NCBI RefSeq assembly: GCF_003324675.1
Contig: NZ_CP030918.1
Location: 1 to 32,000 of the forward strand
Length of the DNA: 32,000 bases
Direction: 5' to 3'
From: Paracoccus suum
GTDB lineage: Bacteria > Pseudomonadota > Alphaproteobacteria > Rhodobacterales > Rhodobacteraceae
This document shows positions 17,848 through 26,716 of this stretch, one piece after another. The translations under genes and the position numbers were made by a program. The notes under the pieces were generated by a model. That model saw nothing but the letters and a program-made list of their open reading frames with translations, did no database searches and had not been told where the DNA came from. Every line of letters begins with the position of its first letter. Position 1 is the stretch's first letter.

Positions 17848-17884
17848 GTAACCTCTAACCATTCCCTCAAGTTGCCTGCGCGTC

Positions 17885-18487
17885 CTAACCGCGCAGCCAG
17901 CGCTCCTCGACCAGCACGACTGCAGTCGTCACCGCCTGCTCGATTGTCAGCGTGGTCGTGTCGAGGATAACCGCATCCTCGGCCGGACGCAGGGGCGCAG
18001 TCGCGCGCTCGGCATCCCGAGCGTCACGCTCTCGCAACTGGGACAGCACCTCGGCCACATCGGCGCCCAGTTCGGCCGCGCGGCGCTCGGCGCGGGTGGT
18101 GTCGGCCGCTGTCACGTACAGCTTCAGCTCGGCCTCGGGACAGATCACCGTGCCGATGTCGCGCCCGTCCAGCACCGCGCCGGGCGGCTGGGTGGCAAAG
18201 CGGCGCTGGAAATCCAGCAGCGCGGCCCGCACCTCGGGAATGGCAGCGATGCGGCTGGCGGCTTGTCCAGCCTCGGCGCTGCGCAGATCGGTCCGGGCCA
18301 GGTCAGCCGCGCTGAGGCCACGTGCCGCGCTGCCGGGATCGCCGCCCTTCAGCGCGACCGCGCGATAGAGCAGCCCGGTATCCAAATGGTGAAAGCCAAA
18401 GCGCCCCGCGATGGCCCGCGCGATGGTCCCCTTGCCCGCCGCGCCCGGCCCGTCGATCGCCACGCAAAATCCCGGCCGTCCCGTCAT
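17885..18487 (-). CDS. cmk: Cytidylate kinase
   Basis: The P-loop is [11 protein letters not shown]. Other motifs are [34 protein letters not shown] and RAERR. Length is 200 aa. Confidence 0.93.
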   Translation of the reverse strand: MTGRPGFCVAIDGPGAAGKGTIARAIAGRFGFHHLDTGLLYRAVALKGGDPGSAARGLSAADLARTDLRSAEAGQAASRIAAIPEVRAALLDFQRRFATQPPGAVLDGRDIGTVICPEAELKLYVTAADTTRAERRAAELGADVAEVLSQLRERDARDAERATAPLRPAEDAVILDTTTLTIEQAVTTAVVLVEERWLRG

Positions 18488-19671
18488 ACAATCGCCGCCT
18501 CGGCAAAAGGTTGTCCGTCAAGCACCCGCTGCACCCCCAGCGGCGACAGATCAAGGGTGCGCCAGTCGCCATGGACGATCTGCTCGGCGATACCGCGACC
18601 GACCGCGGGCGCCTGCTGCAGGCCGTGGCCGGAAAAACCGTTCGCGTGGTAAAAGTTGGGCACCTGCGGATTGCGCCCGAGAATGGCGTTCTGGTCCAAA
18701 GTGTTAAAGGCGTAATGCCCAGCCCAGAGACGCAGCACCTTGGCCGCGCCAAAGCCTTCGGCCCGATTGTAGAGGGCGGGCCAGACCTCGTCCTCCCACA
18801 GGGCGTGCTCGGGTTCGAAATCATCCTCTCCGCATGGGCCATCGGTCGCCGGGACGGTCGCGGCCAGCCACTGCCCATGCTCCGGCCGGCACCAGATACC
18901 GAGCGGATCGCAGATCAGAGGCGCGTCCGGGTGCCGCGCCTCGGGGGCGTCGACAAAGAACACGGTGCGCTTGCGCGGCTCGACTGGCAGGTCGAGGTCC
19001 ATGGAGCGCATCAGCGCGGCGCAGCGGGGCCCGGCGCAGTTGACGAACACGTCCGCCTGCCGCCTGCCGCCCTTTTCCAGTTGCGCGGCAATGACCCGGT
19101 CGCCGTCGCGTTCGAACCCGGTGACGCGGTCGGTGATCCAGACCGCCCCGGCCGCGCGCGCCGCAGCCTTGAGGCCCGCGAGCAGGCCCATGTTGTCGAA
19201 AAACCCCTCGTCCCTTGGGCCGAACGAGCCTGCGGTAAGATCATCGACATTCATCCACGGGAACCGCCGGCGCAACTCCGCCGGGTCCAGCACCTCGGTC
19301 GCAGCGCCGCATTCACGCTGCATCGCGGCCAGGTTTTCCAGCGTCAGCGCGCCGGTCGCGGTGCCGGTCAGGAACAGATATCCGTTCTCGCGCAGGCCAA
19401 GGTCCGGCACGCCGCCGGCCGGCCCGGTCGCGGCCGCGAAGTCGCGGATGAAATCGATGCCAAAACGGCTGATCTCGACGTTGACGGCATTGGTGAACTG
19501 GCTGCGGATGCCCGCCGCCGACAGGGCCGTGGACGAGGTGGCATAGGACGGGTCCGGCTCGATGACCAGGGGCTTGAGGCCCGGGTCCAGCCGGGTCAGC
19601 CAGAACGCCACCGACGCCCCCATCACCGCCCCTCCGGCGATCAAAATCTCGGTCACGCGATTGTCCCTCAT
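18484..19671 (-). CDS. FAD-dependent oxidoreductase (DAO family)
   Basis: ATG 19671 gives [25 protein letters not shown], a Rossmann GxGxxG motif. The C-terminal DAO-family motif is [17 protein letters not shown]. The stop overlaps the cmk start (ATGA at 18484-18487). The 63 extra residues in the track ORF are non-conserved and Arg-rich. Confidence 0.8.
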   Translation of the reverse strand: MRDNRVTEILIAGGAVMGASVAFWLTRLDPGLKPLVIEPDPSYATSSTALSAAGIRSQFTNAVNVEISRFGIDFIRDFAAATGPAGGVPDLGLRENGYLFLTGTATGALTLENLAAMQRECGAATEVLDPAELRRRFPWMNVDDLTAGSFGPRDEGFFDNMGLLAGLKAAARAAGAVWITDRVTGFERDGDRVIAAQLEKGGRRQADVFVNCAGPRCAALMRSMDLDLPVEPRKRTVFFVDAPEARHPDAPLICDPLGIWCRPEHGQWLAATVPATDGPCGEDDFEPEHALWEDEVWPALYNRAEGFGAAKVLRLWAGHYAFNTLDQNAILGRNPQVPNFYHANGFSGHGLQQAPAVGRGIAEQIVHGDWRTLDLSPLGVQRVLDGQPFAEAAIV

Positions 19672-19789
19672 CTGGCTGAACGGTGTGACCTTAGGTGAGC
19701 GCGGGCGCCGCCGAAAGAGGCCGCGCGGGAGCAGCGTGGCGCTCCGCGCCCGGTTGACCCGCGCCCCTGCTTGCGGCATGGCCCCGGCT

Positions 19790-21643
19790 ATGCTGCGCAT
19801 TGACGATATCTCGTATTCCATCGCCGGACGGCCGCTGTTCGACGGCGCCACCGCGGTCATCCCGGACGGTCACAAGGTCGGCCTCGTCGGCCCCAACGGC
19901 GCCGGCAAGACGACGCTGTTCAAACTGATCCGGGGCGAATTGTCGCTCGACGGCGGGGCCATCGTGCTGCCGTCGCGCGCCCGCATCGGCGGTGTCGCGC
20001 AAGAGGCGCCGGGCACCGCGCTGAGCGTGCTGGACACCACCCTCGCCGCCGATACCGAGCGCGCGAGCCTGATGGTCGAGGCGGACACCGCGACCGATCC
20101 GCACCGGATTGCCGACATCCATGCGCGCCTTGCCGATATCGACGCATGGTCGGCAGAGGGGCGAGCGGCCTCGATCCTGCAGGGCCTCGGATTTCCTCCG
20201 GCCGATCAGGCCCGCCCGACCAGTGATTTTTCCGGCGGCTGGCGGATGCGCGTGACGCTGGCCGGGGTCCTCTTTGCCCAGCCCGACCTGCTGCTGCTTG
20301 ACGAGCCGACCAACTACCTCGACCTCGAGGGCGCGCTGTGGCTGGAAAGCTATCTCGCGCGCTATCCGCACACCGTCATCATCATCAGCCACGACCGCGG
20401 GCTGCTGAACCGGGCGGTGGGCGGCATCCTGCATGTCGAAAACCGAAAGCTCACCTTTTACAACGGCAACTATGACGCCTTTGCCCGGGCCCGCGCCGAA
20501 CGCCGTGCGTTGCAGGCGGCCGAGGCGAAAAAGCAGGCGGCGCGGCGCGAGCATCTGCAAAGCTTTGTCGACCGCTTTCGCGCCAAGGCCAGCAAGGCCG
20601 TGCAGGCGCAAAGCCGTATCAAGATGCTCGCCCGGATGGAGCCGATCACCGCGCCCGAGGAAGCCAAGTTCCACCGCTTTGCCTTTCCCCAGCCGGACGA
20701 GTTGTCCCCGCCGATCATCAACATGGAGGGCGTGGCGGTCGGCTATGGCGATCGCGCAGTCCTCTCTCGCCTCGACCTGCGGATCGACCAGGACGACCGC
20801 ATCGCCCTGCTGGGCCGCAACGGACAGGGCAAATCGACGCTGTCCAAGCTGCTGGCCGGGCGTCTGGACACGATGGCTGGAACGATCACCCGGTCCAGCA
20901 AGCTGCGCGTCGGCTATTTCGCGCAGCATCAGGTGGACGAGCTGGACTTGACCGAAACCCCGCTGGCCCATGTCCGCCGGCTGCGCCCGAACGAGGCGCC
21001 GCCGCGCCTGCGCGCCCGCCTTGCCGGCTTTGGCCTGATGGAAGCGCAGGCCGAGACCAAGGTCGGGTCCCTGTCGGGCGGGCAAAAGGCGCGGCTGTCG
21101 CTGCTGATCGCGACCATCGACGCGCCACATCTGCTGATCCTCGACGAGCCGACCAACCACCTCGACATCGAAAGCCGCGAGGCGCTGATGGAGGCGTTGA
21201 ACGACTACACCGGTGCGGTGGTGCTGGTCAGCCACGACATGCATCTGCTGGGGCTGGTGGCCGACCGGCTGTGGCTGGTCGACAGCGGCAAGGTCCGCCC
21301 CTGGGATGGCGATCTGGAGGATTACCGGCAGATGCTGCTGACCTCGCCGGACCAGGTCCCGCAGGCGCCGCCGCCCGCACGGACCGCACCCACCCGCCCG
21401 ACGGCTGGCCGCGCCGAGATCCTGGAGCTGCGCGCAGAGGTGCGCCGGGCCGAGGACCGCATCGCCAAGCTGAACGAGATGCTGGCCAAGCTCGACGCCA
21501 AGATGGCCAACCCGGCCGTCTATGGCGCGCCGGCCGAGGCCGAGAAATGGGGTCGCAAGCATGTCGAGGCGCGCGAGGCGATGGCCCGGGCCGAGGCGTT
21601 GTGGCTGGGTGCCATCGAGGCACTGGAGGTCGCGGGCGGGTGA
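19790..21643 (+). CDS. ABC-F family ATPase (Uup/YheS-like, soluble, no TMD)
   Basis: Two NBDs are present (GPNGAGKTT and GRNGQGKST; signatures FSGGWRMR and LSGGQKARL), joined by an Arg/Lys-rich inter-domain linker (QAARREHLQSFVDRFRAKASKAVQAQSRIK). A C-terminal coiled-coil extension follows. An alternative start is ATG 19778. Confidence 0.9.
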   Translation: MLRIDDISYSIAGRPLFDGATAVIPDGHKVGLVGPNGAGKTTLFKLIRGELSLDGGAIVLPSRARIGGVAQEAPGTALSVLDTTLAADTERASLMVEADTATDPHRIADIHARLADIDAWSAEGRAASILQGLGFPPADQARPTSDFSGGWRMRVTLAGVLFAQPDLLLLDEPTNYLDLEGALWLESYLARYPHTVIIISHDRGLLNRAVGGILHVENRKLTFYNGNYDAFARARAERRALQAAEAKKQAARREHLQSFVDRFRAKASKAVQAQSRIKMLARMEPITAPEEAKFHRFAFPQPDELSPPIINMEGVAVGYGDRAVLSRLDLRIDQDDRIALLGRNGQGKSTLSKLLAGRLDTMAGTITRSSKLRVGYFAQHQVDELDLTETPLAHVRRLRPNEAPPRLRARLAGFGLMEAQAETKVGSLSGGQKARLSLLIATIDAPHLLILDEPTNHLDIESREALMEALNDYTGAVVLVSHDMHLLGLVADRLWLVDSGKVRPWDGDLEDYRQMLLTSPDQVPQAPPPARTAPTRPTAGRAEILELRAEVRRAEDRIAKLNEMLAKLDAKMANPAVYGAPAEAEKWGRKHVEAREAMARAEALWLGAIEALEVAGG

Positions 21644-21784
21644 CGTCGCCTTTTCGGCGTTAACTGTCCGCGTCGCGCCGTCGCTCACGCCTCTTTGCGA
21701 CAAACGGCGACACTTCCGCCATCGACACCAATCCAGCCCTGTCGCAACTTGGGATGCCGTCCCGCCGACAGGATCTGCCGACCG

Positions 21785-23323
21785 ATGACCTTGCCCCGCC
21801 TTCGTTTCGTCCCGCGCCTGTTGCTGGCCGGTGCCGCGGCATTGGCATTGATCGTCCCCGCCGCCCCGGTGGCGCTGGGCCAGCCGGCGCCCGGCCAGGG
21901 TGGTCCGCGTCAGGGCAGCGCAGCGCCCAAGCAGGTCGGCTTTGTCACCGCCGGGGTCAGCGATGTGCCGCAGATCGTCACCCTGCCCGGCCGCGCCGTC
22001 GCTTACGAGATCGCAACCGTGCGCCCCCGGGTCGGCGGCCTTGTCGAGGCCATCACCTACGAGCCCGGCCGCCCGATCGAGGCCGGCGCGCCGATGTTCC
22101 GGCTGGAGACCGAGACCCTCGATGCGGCGCTTGAATCGGCGCGCGCAGCCGAGCAGGGCGCGACCCTCGCCCGCGATAACGCGCAGGCCACCGTCACCCG
22201 CTATCGCACGCTTGAGAACAAGGGCGTCAGCCGGGTGGATCTGCAGGCCGCCGAGGTCGCGCTGAGCCAGGCCGAAGCGAGCCTGATCCAGTCCCGCACC
22301 GAGCGCCAGACCGCCGAGCTCGAGCGCGAGCGCGCGGTCATCACCGCCCCCATTGCCGGCATAACCAGCGAGACGGCGGTGACCATCGGCAGCCTGGTGA
22401 CCGCCAATCAGGCGGACGCGCTGGCGACCGTGACCCGGGTAGACCCGGTCTATGTGGATGTTGCGGCCTCCAGCAGCCAGGTCCTGCAATCGCGTCAGAA
22501 AATCCGTCAGGGGGTAATGACCCCGATCACGCCGCCCAAGCTGGAACTGACGCTCGAGGATGGCACTGTCTATGACGGCACGGGCGAGGTCGTCTCGACC
22601 GGCTCGACCGTGTCGCCAACCACCGGGACCGTGGACCTGCGCCTGAAATTCGCCAATCCCGACCGGATGATCCTGCCCGGCCAGTTCCTGCGCGTCGCAA
22701 TCACATTGGGCACGATCCGCGCCGTGCTTGTCCCGCAGCGTGCGACGACCCGGCTGCCGGACGGCAGTCTTGCAGTGTTCGTGGTGACCGAGGGCGGCCG
22801 GGCGCATCGCGTGATGCTGACCGAACAGGGCGCGTGGAATAACTCCTGGGCCGTGACCGACGGCGTCGCCGCGGGCGACCGGGTGATCGTGGACGGTTTG
22901 GCCAACTTGCGCGACGGCCAGGTGGTCGAGGCGGCCGAGGTGGAACTGGACGAAAACGGCGTCGTCGTGGCGAGCGAGGGGGGCCAGCGCCCGGCGGAAC
23001 GGGTCCGGCCCGCACCTCGCAAGCCACGTCCGCAGGCGCGACACAGATCGCGGCCGGCCGGGCGGCTGGCGCCAACCCGACACAGGCCGCCGCTGCGCCC
23101 GGTCCCGGCGCAGGCGCTCCCCCGTCCCCGGCCCAATCCGCGCAACAATCCCCCACCACCGCCGAGGGGACGGGCTGGCGCGGTTGGCTGGCGCGGGCGC
23201 GCGCGGCCCTCGGGCTCGCGCCCGCGGCCGCTGCCGCGCCCGGCGCGCAGGGTTAGGCCATGTCGCATTTCTTCGTCTTTCGACCCGTCTTTGCCTGGGT
23301 TCTGGCGATCGTCACCGTCCTGA
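21785..23323 (+). CDS. RND efflux periplasmic adaptor (MFP, AcrA/MexA-like); the 3' end is questionable (see findings)
   Basis: ATG 21785 gives a signal/anchor sequence (MTLPRLRFVPRLLLAGAAALALIV). The product has the HlyD-type barrel-sandwich lipoyl domain, a coiled-coil hairpin and beta-barrel domains (VRPRVGGLVEAI...ITAPIAGITSE...VDPVYVDV...PGQFLRV). Beyond about 22980 the as-read frame becomes an Arg/Pro-rich tail that overlaps the pump gene by 64 nt. Confidence 0.8.
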   Translation: MTLPRLRFVPRLLLAGAAALALIVPAAPVALGQPAPGQGGPRQGSAAPKQVGFVTAGVSDVPQIVTLPGRAVAYEIATVRPRVGGLVEAITYEPGRPIEAGAPMFRLETETLDAALESARAAEQGATLARDNAQATVTRYRTLENKGVSRVDLQAAEVALSQAEASLIQSRTERQTAELERERAVITAPIAGITSETAVTIGSLVTANQADALATVTRVDPVYVDVAASSSQVLQSRQKIRQGVMTPITPPKLELTLEDGTVYDGTGEVVSTGSTVSPTTGTVDLRLKFANPDRMILPGQFLRVAITLGTIRAVLVPQRATTRLPDGSLAVFVVTEGGRAHRVMLTEQGAWNNSWAVTDGVAAGDRVIVDGLANLRDGQVVEAAEVELDENGVVVASEGGQRPAERVRPAPRKPRPQARHRSRPAGRLAPTRHRPPLRPVPAQALPRPRPNPRNNPPPPPRGRAGAVGWRGRARPSGSRPRPLPRPARRVRPCRISSSFDPSLPGFWRSSPS

Positions 23324-26300
23324 TCGGCGGCTTTGCCTTCTTTACCCTGCCGGTCTCGCAATATCCCGACATCGCCCCGACCACGATCCGCATCAACGCC
23401 TCTTATCCCGGCGCCACCGCCGAGGCGGTCGAGAACAGCGTCACGCGGGTGATCGAGGACGGGCTGACCGGCCTTGACGGCCTCCTCTACATGACCTCGA
23501 ACTCGTCGCAGGGCTCGGGGGGCCTGCAACTGGTGTTCGACAATTCGGTCAGCCCGTCCGAGACGCTGAACGAGGTGCAAGCGCGCGTCAGCAGCATCAG
23601 CAACGGGCTGCCGGATTCGGTGCAGACGCGCGGGGTCAGCGTCAGCCGGTCCTCGTCCTCTATTCTGATGGTTGGTGCGGTCGTCTCGACCGACGGGCGC
23701 TACGACACGATCCGCCTGGGCGATATCCTCGAGGCGACGGTGCGCGGGCCGGTTCAGCGCACGCCGGGCGTCGGTTCGCTGAACATCTTTGGCTCGGGCT
23801 ATGCCATGCGCGTCTGGCTGGACCCGTTTCGGCTGGCGCAATACCAGCTGACGCCGAGCGATGTCACCGCCGCCGTGCGCTCGCAGAACACCACCGTTTC
23901 GGTCGGCAGCCTTGGCACGTCGCCCACCGTGCCGGGGCAACAGTTCACCGCGACCGTGACTGCGCAGTCGAACCTGACCACGGTCGACGAATTCGCCCAG
24001 ATCCTGCTGAAAACCGGCGAGGACGGCTCGGCGGTCCATCTGTCCGATGTCGCGCGGATCGAGATCGGGCAGCAATCCTACGGCGCCAACTCGCGCTTCG
24101 ACGGCCAGCCGGCCGCGGGCTTTGGCGTCAATATGGCGACCGGCGCCAACGCGGTGGACGTAGCCAACGCGGTCCGAGCGACGCTGGAGCGGATCGCGGT
24201 CGCCCTGCCCGAAGGGGTCGAGTTCCGCATCGCCTATGACACCTCGCCCTTCGTCGAGCAGTCGATCCAAAAGGTCTATCACACGCTGGCCGAGGCCGTT
24301 CTGCTGGTCGTGCTGGTCATCATCGTCTTCCTGCAAAGCTGGCGAGCAACGCTGATCCCGCTGGTGGCGGTGCCCGTGGTGCTGGCGGGCACACTGGGGC
24401 TGCTGGCCCTGATGGGCTATTCGATCAACACGATCACCATGTTCGCCATGGTGCTCGCCATCGGCCTGCTCGTCGATGACGCCATCGTCGTGGTCGAGAA
24501 CGTCGAGCGGCTTATCCATGATGAGGGCCTGTCCCCGCGCGATGCGACGCTGAAATCGATGAGCCAGATCACCGGCGCGCTGGTCGGCATCGCCGTGACG
24601 CTGATCGCGGTGTTCCTGCCGATGGGCTTTGTCAGCGGTTCGGCCGGGGTGATCTACCGCCAGTTCTCGGTCACCATCATCAGCGCCATGTCGCTGTCGC
24701 TACTAGTGGCGCTGATCCTGTCACCGGCGATGGCGGCGGGCATCCTGCGGCCCTCGTCAGGGCGGCGGATCGCCCCGGCGCGCTGGTTCAACGCCGCCTA
24801 CGACTGGAACTCGCGCCGCTATCTGGGCGCGGTGCGCTTCGTCGCTGGCTGGCCGTGGCTGGCACTGGTCTTGCTGGCCTGGGTCTGCGTTCTGGCGTGG
24901 CTCGCCTATGGCCGGATCACGCCGTCGTTCATCCCCGGCGAGGACCAGGGGACGCTGATGGTGTCGGTGCGACTGACCGAAGGTTCGACCAGCGAGCAGA
25001 CGCTGGCCGCCGTTGGCGAGGTCGAGAACTATCTGAAAACCCAGGAGGCGAATGCCGTCGCATCCGTCTACGCCGCGCTCGGCTTTGGCTTTAACGGCAG
25101 CGGGTCGAACAACGCGACGATGTTCGTCAAGCTGCGCGACTTTGCCGAGCGCAACACGCCCGAGTTACGATCCGGCGCGGTCGCTGCCCGGACCAACAAG
25201 GCGTTCGACGGCTATCGCAGCGCCACGGTCCGCGCGAACGAGCCGCCGGCGATCCAGGGACTGGGCAACACTGCCGGTTTTCAGATGTACCTGACGGACC
25301 AATCCGGCGCGGGCACCGCCGAACTGAACAACGCCACTGACGCGCTGATCGATCTGGCTGAGGCGGACCCGCGCCTGCAATCCATCAACGCGCGCGGCGC
25401 CGAGGCAGAAGGGGCGCTGCGCATCGACCTCGACCGTCAGAAGGCCGAGAGCCTTGGCGTCTCGATCACCGAAGTGAACGCCATGCTGGCGACCATCTTC
25501 AACGGCTCGGAGGTGAACGACTTCATCCTTAGCGGCGCGCTCAGGCCGGTAATCGTGCAGGGCGATGCGCCCTATCGCATGCAGGAGGCCGACATCAACG
25601 CCTGGTCAGCCCGCAACAACCAGGGCGAGATGGTACCGTTCCCCGCTTTCGCGACCACGCGCTGGGTCTCGGTGCCGCCGCGGCTGTCGCGGATCGACGG
25701 GCAGGCCGCCCAGCAGATCAGCGGCGCGCCGGCGACGGGCATCAGCTCGGGCGAGGCGATGGCCGTGATGGAGGAACTCACGGCCCAGATCCCCGGCGGC
25801 TACGGCGTTGCCTGGACCGGCATCAGCTATCAGGAGCGGCAGTCCACCAGCCAGGCCCCGCTGCTCTATGCGCTGTCGATGGTGATCGTCTATCTGGCCC
25901 TGGCAGCGCTGTATGAAAGCTGGCTGCTGCCAGTGTCGGTGATGCTGTCGGTTCCGGTCGGCGTTCTGGGCGCCTTCCTTGCCGCGGCATTCCTGGGGCA
26001 GGCCAATGACGTCTATTTCAAGGTCGGCATCTTGACCACGATCGGTCTTGCCGCGCGGAACGCCATCCTGATCGTCGAATTCGCGCGCGCGCTGGAGCAA
26101 GACGGCAGATCGCCCCGGGAGGCAGTGCTTGAGGCCGCGAGACTGCGCCTGCGGCCGATCCTGATGACCTCGTTCGCCTTCATGCTCGGGGTGCTTCCGC
26201 TGGCCCGCGCGACCGGCGTTGGCGCCAATGCCCAGAACGCCATCGGCATCGTGGTGCTGGGCGGTATGGCGCTGTCGACGCTGCTGGGGACGGTGCTGGT

Positions 26301-26382
26301 GCCACCGCTGTATCTGGCGGTGCGCCGAATCGGCTGGCGGCGCAAGTCGCGTGCGAGTGTGATAACCGCTCCCGCAGAGTGA
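23260..26382 (+). CDS. RND multidrug efflux inner-membrane pump (HAE1, AcrB/MexB-like)
   Basis: The 1040-aa product has the canonical N-terminus MSHFFVFRPVFAWVLAIVTVLIGGFAFFTLPVSQYPDIAPTTI, 12 TM helices and two large periplasmic loops. Conserved TM4 residues are present (GLLVDDAIVVVEN). Confidence 0.95.
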   Translation: MSHFFVFRPVFAWVLAIVTVLIGGFAFFTLPVSQYPDIAPTTIRINASYPGATAEAVENSVTRVIEDGLTGLDGLLYMTSNSSQGSGGLQLVFDNSVSPSETLNEVQARVSSISNGLPDSVQTRGVSVSRSSSSILMVGAVVSTDGRYDTIRLGDILEATVRGPVQRTPGVGSLNIFGSGYAMRVWLDPFRLAQYQLTPSDVTAAVRSQNTTVSVGSLGTSPTVPGQQFTATVTAQSNLTTVDEFAQILLKTGEDGSAVHLSDVARIEIGQQSYGANSRFDGQPAAGFGVNMATGANAVDVANAVRATLERIAVALPEGVEFRIAYDTSPFVEQSIQKVYHTLAEAVLLVVLVIIVFLQSWRATLIPLVAVPVVLAGTLGLLALMGYSINTITMFAMVLAIGLLVDDAIVVVENVERLIHDEGLSPRDATLKSMSQITGALVGIAVTLIAVFLPMGFVSGSAGVIYRQFSVTIISAMSLSLLVALILSPAMAAGILRPSSGRRIAPARWFNAAYDWNSRRYLGAVRFVAGWPWLALVLLAWVCVLAWLAYGRITPSFIPGEDQGTLMVSVRLTEGSTSEQTLAAVGEVENYLKTQEANAVASVYAALGFGFNGSGSNNATMFVKLRDFAERNTPELRSGAVAARTNKAFDGYRSATVRANEPPAIQGLGNTAGFQMYLTDQSGAGTAELNNATDALIDLAEADPRLQSINARGAEAEGALRIDLDRQKAESLGVSITEVNAMLATIFNGSEVNDFILSGALRPVIVQGDAPYRMQEADINAWSARNNQGEMVPFPAFATTRWVSVPPRLSRIDGQAAQQISGAPATGISSGEAMAVMEELTAQIPGGYGVAWTGISYQERQSTSQAPLLYALSMVIVYLALAALYESWLLPVSVMLSVPVGVLGAFLAAAFLGQANDVYFKVGILTTIGLAARNAILIVEFARALEQDGRSPREAVLEAARLRLRPILMTSFAFMLGVLPLARATGVGANAQNAIGIVVLGGMALSTLLGTVLVPPLYLAVRRIGWRRKSRASVITAPAE

Positions 26383-26509
26383 CCGGCTCGTCGCCGCGCG
26401 CGCCTAGGGGTGAGGGCGGGGCAGCGACGTTCCGGGCGAGCCGGCGCGCGCGGGGAGTCACACTGGCAGGCTCGGGACTTTGACAGTTGGGGCGTCGCGC
26501 AGCCCGGAT

Positions 26510-26716
26510 TCACTTGGTCAGGATCAGCTTCCCCTGACGCGTGATGCGAAGGGTATAAGTCTGCCCGTCCAGGCAGATGGCCGCCAGATTTCCGCCGGCG
26601 GTCAGCCCGCGCGCATCATGGCGCGGCAGCAGGGCATCCCCCATGGGCAGTTGCTGCATGGCGGCCGAGACCTCGGGCGAGGGATTCAGGTATCGGGGGT
26701 CGAGATGCAGGGTCAT
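26510..26716 (-). CDS. hemP: Hemin uptake protein HemP family
   Basis: The C-terminal signature is DGQTYTLRITRQGKLILTK. ATG 26716 lies 8 nt after GGAG on the minus strand. The track start at 26722 is only 2 nt from that SD. Confidence 0.85.
   Translation of the reverse strand: MTLHLDPRYLNPSPEVSAAMQQLPMGDALLPRHDARGLTAGGNLAAICLDGQTYTLRITRQGKLILTK

Noticed and set aside
15506-17970. Long ORFs at 15506-16771 (minus strand, 421 aa) and 16240-17970 (plus strand, 576 aa)
   Set aside because: They are antisense to the AbrB-dup and PrpF-family genes respectively. Their composition (Arg/Asp/Gly/His runs) is typical of shadow ORFs.
18322-19698. A 458-aa plus-strand ORF antisense to the FAD oxidoreductase, and a 649-aa minus-strand ORF (22570-24519) antisense to the adaptor and pump genes
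   Set aside because: The reasoning is the same. The opposite-strand genes carry the recognisable Rossmann/DAO and RND signatures.
19691-23083. A 1130-aa minus-strand ORF spanning the ABC-F and RND adaptor genes
   Set aside because: It lies antisense to two plus-strand genes with unambiguous family signatures (Walker and signature motifs, MFP domains). Its product is Arg/Gly/Ala/Asp-rich low-complexity sequence with no recognisable domain. This is a classic GC-rich shadow ORF.
26383-26509. GC-rich inverted repeats (CCGGCTCG 26383-26390 / CGAGCCGG 26437-26444, plus CGCGCGCG runs) between the convergent RND pump and hemP genes, considered as a bidirectional terminator
   Set aside because: The stem is only 8 bp and encloses a loop of about 46 nt. 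There is no T- or A-tract on either side, and the self-complementary GC runs make many alternative pairings. This is not supportable as a defined terminator.
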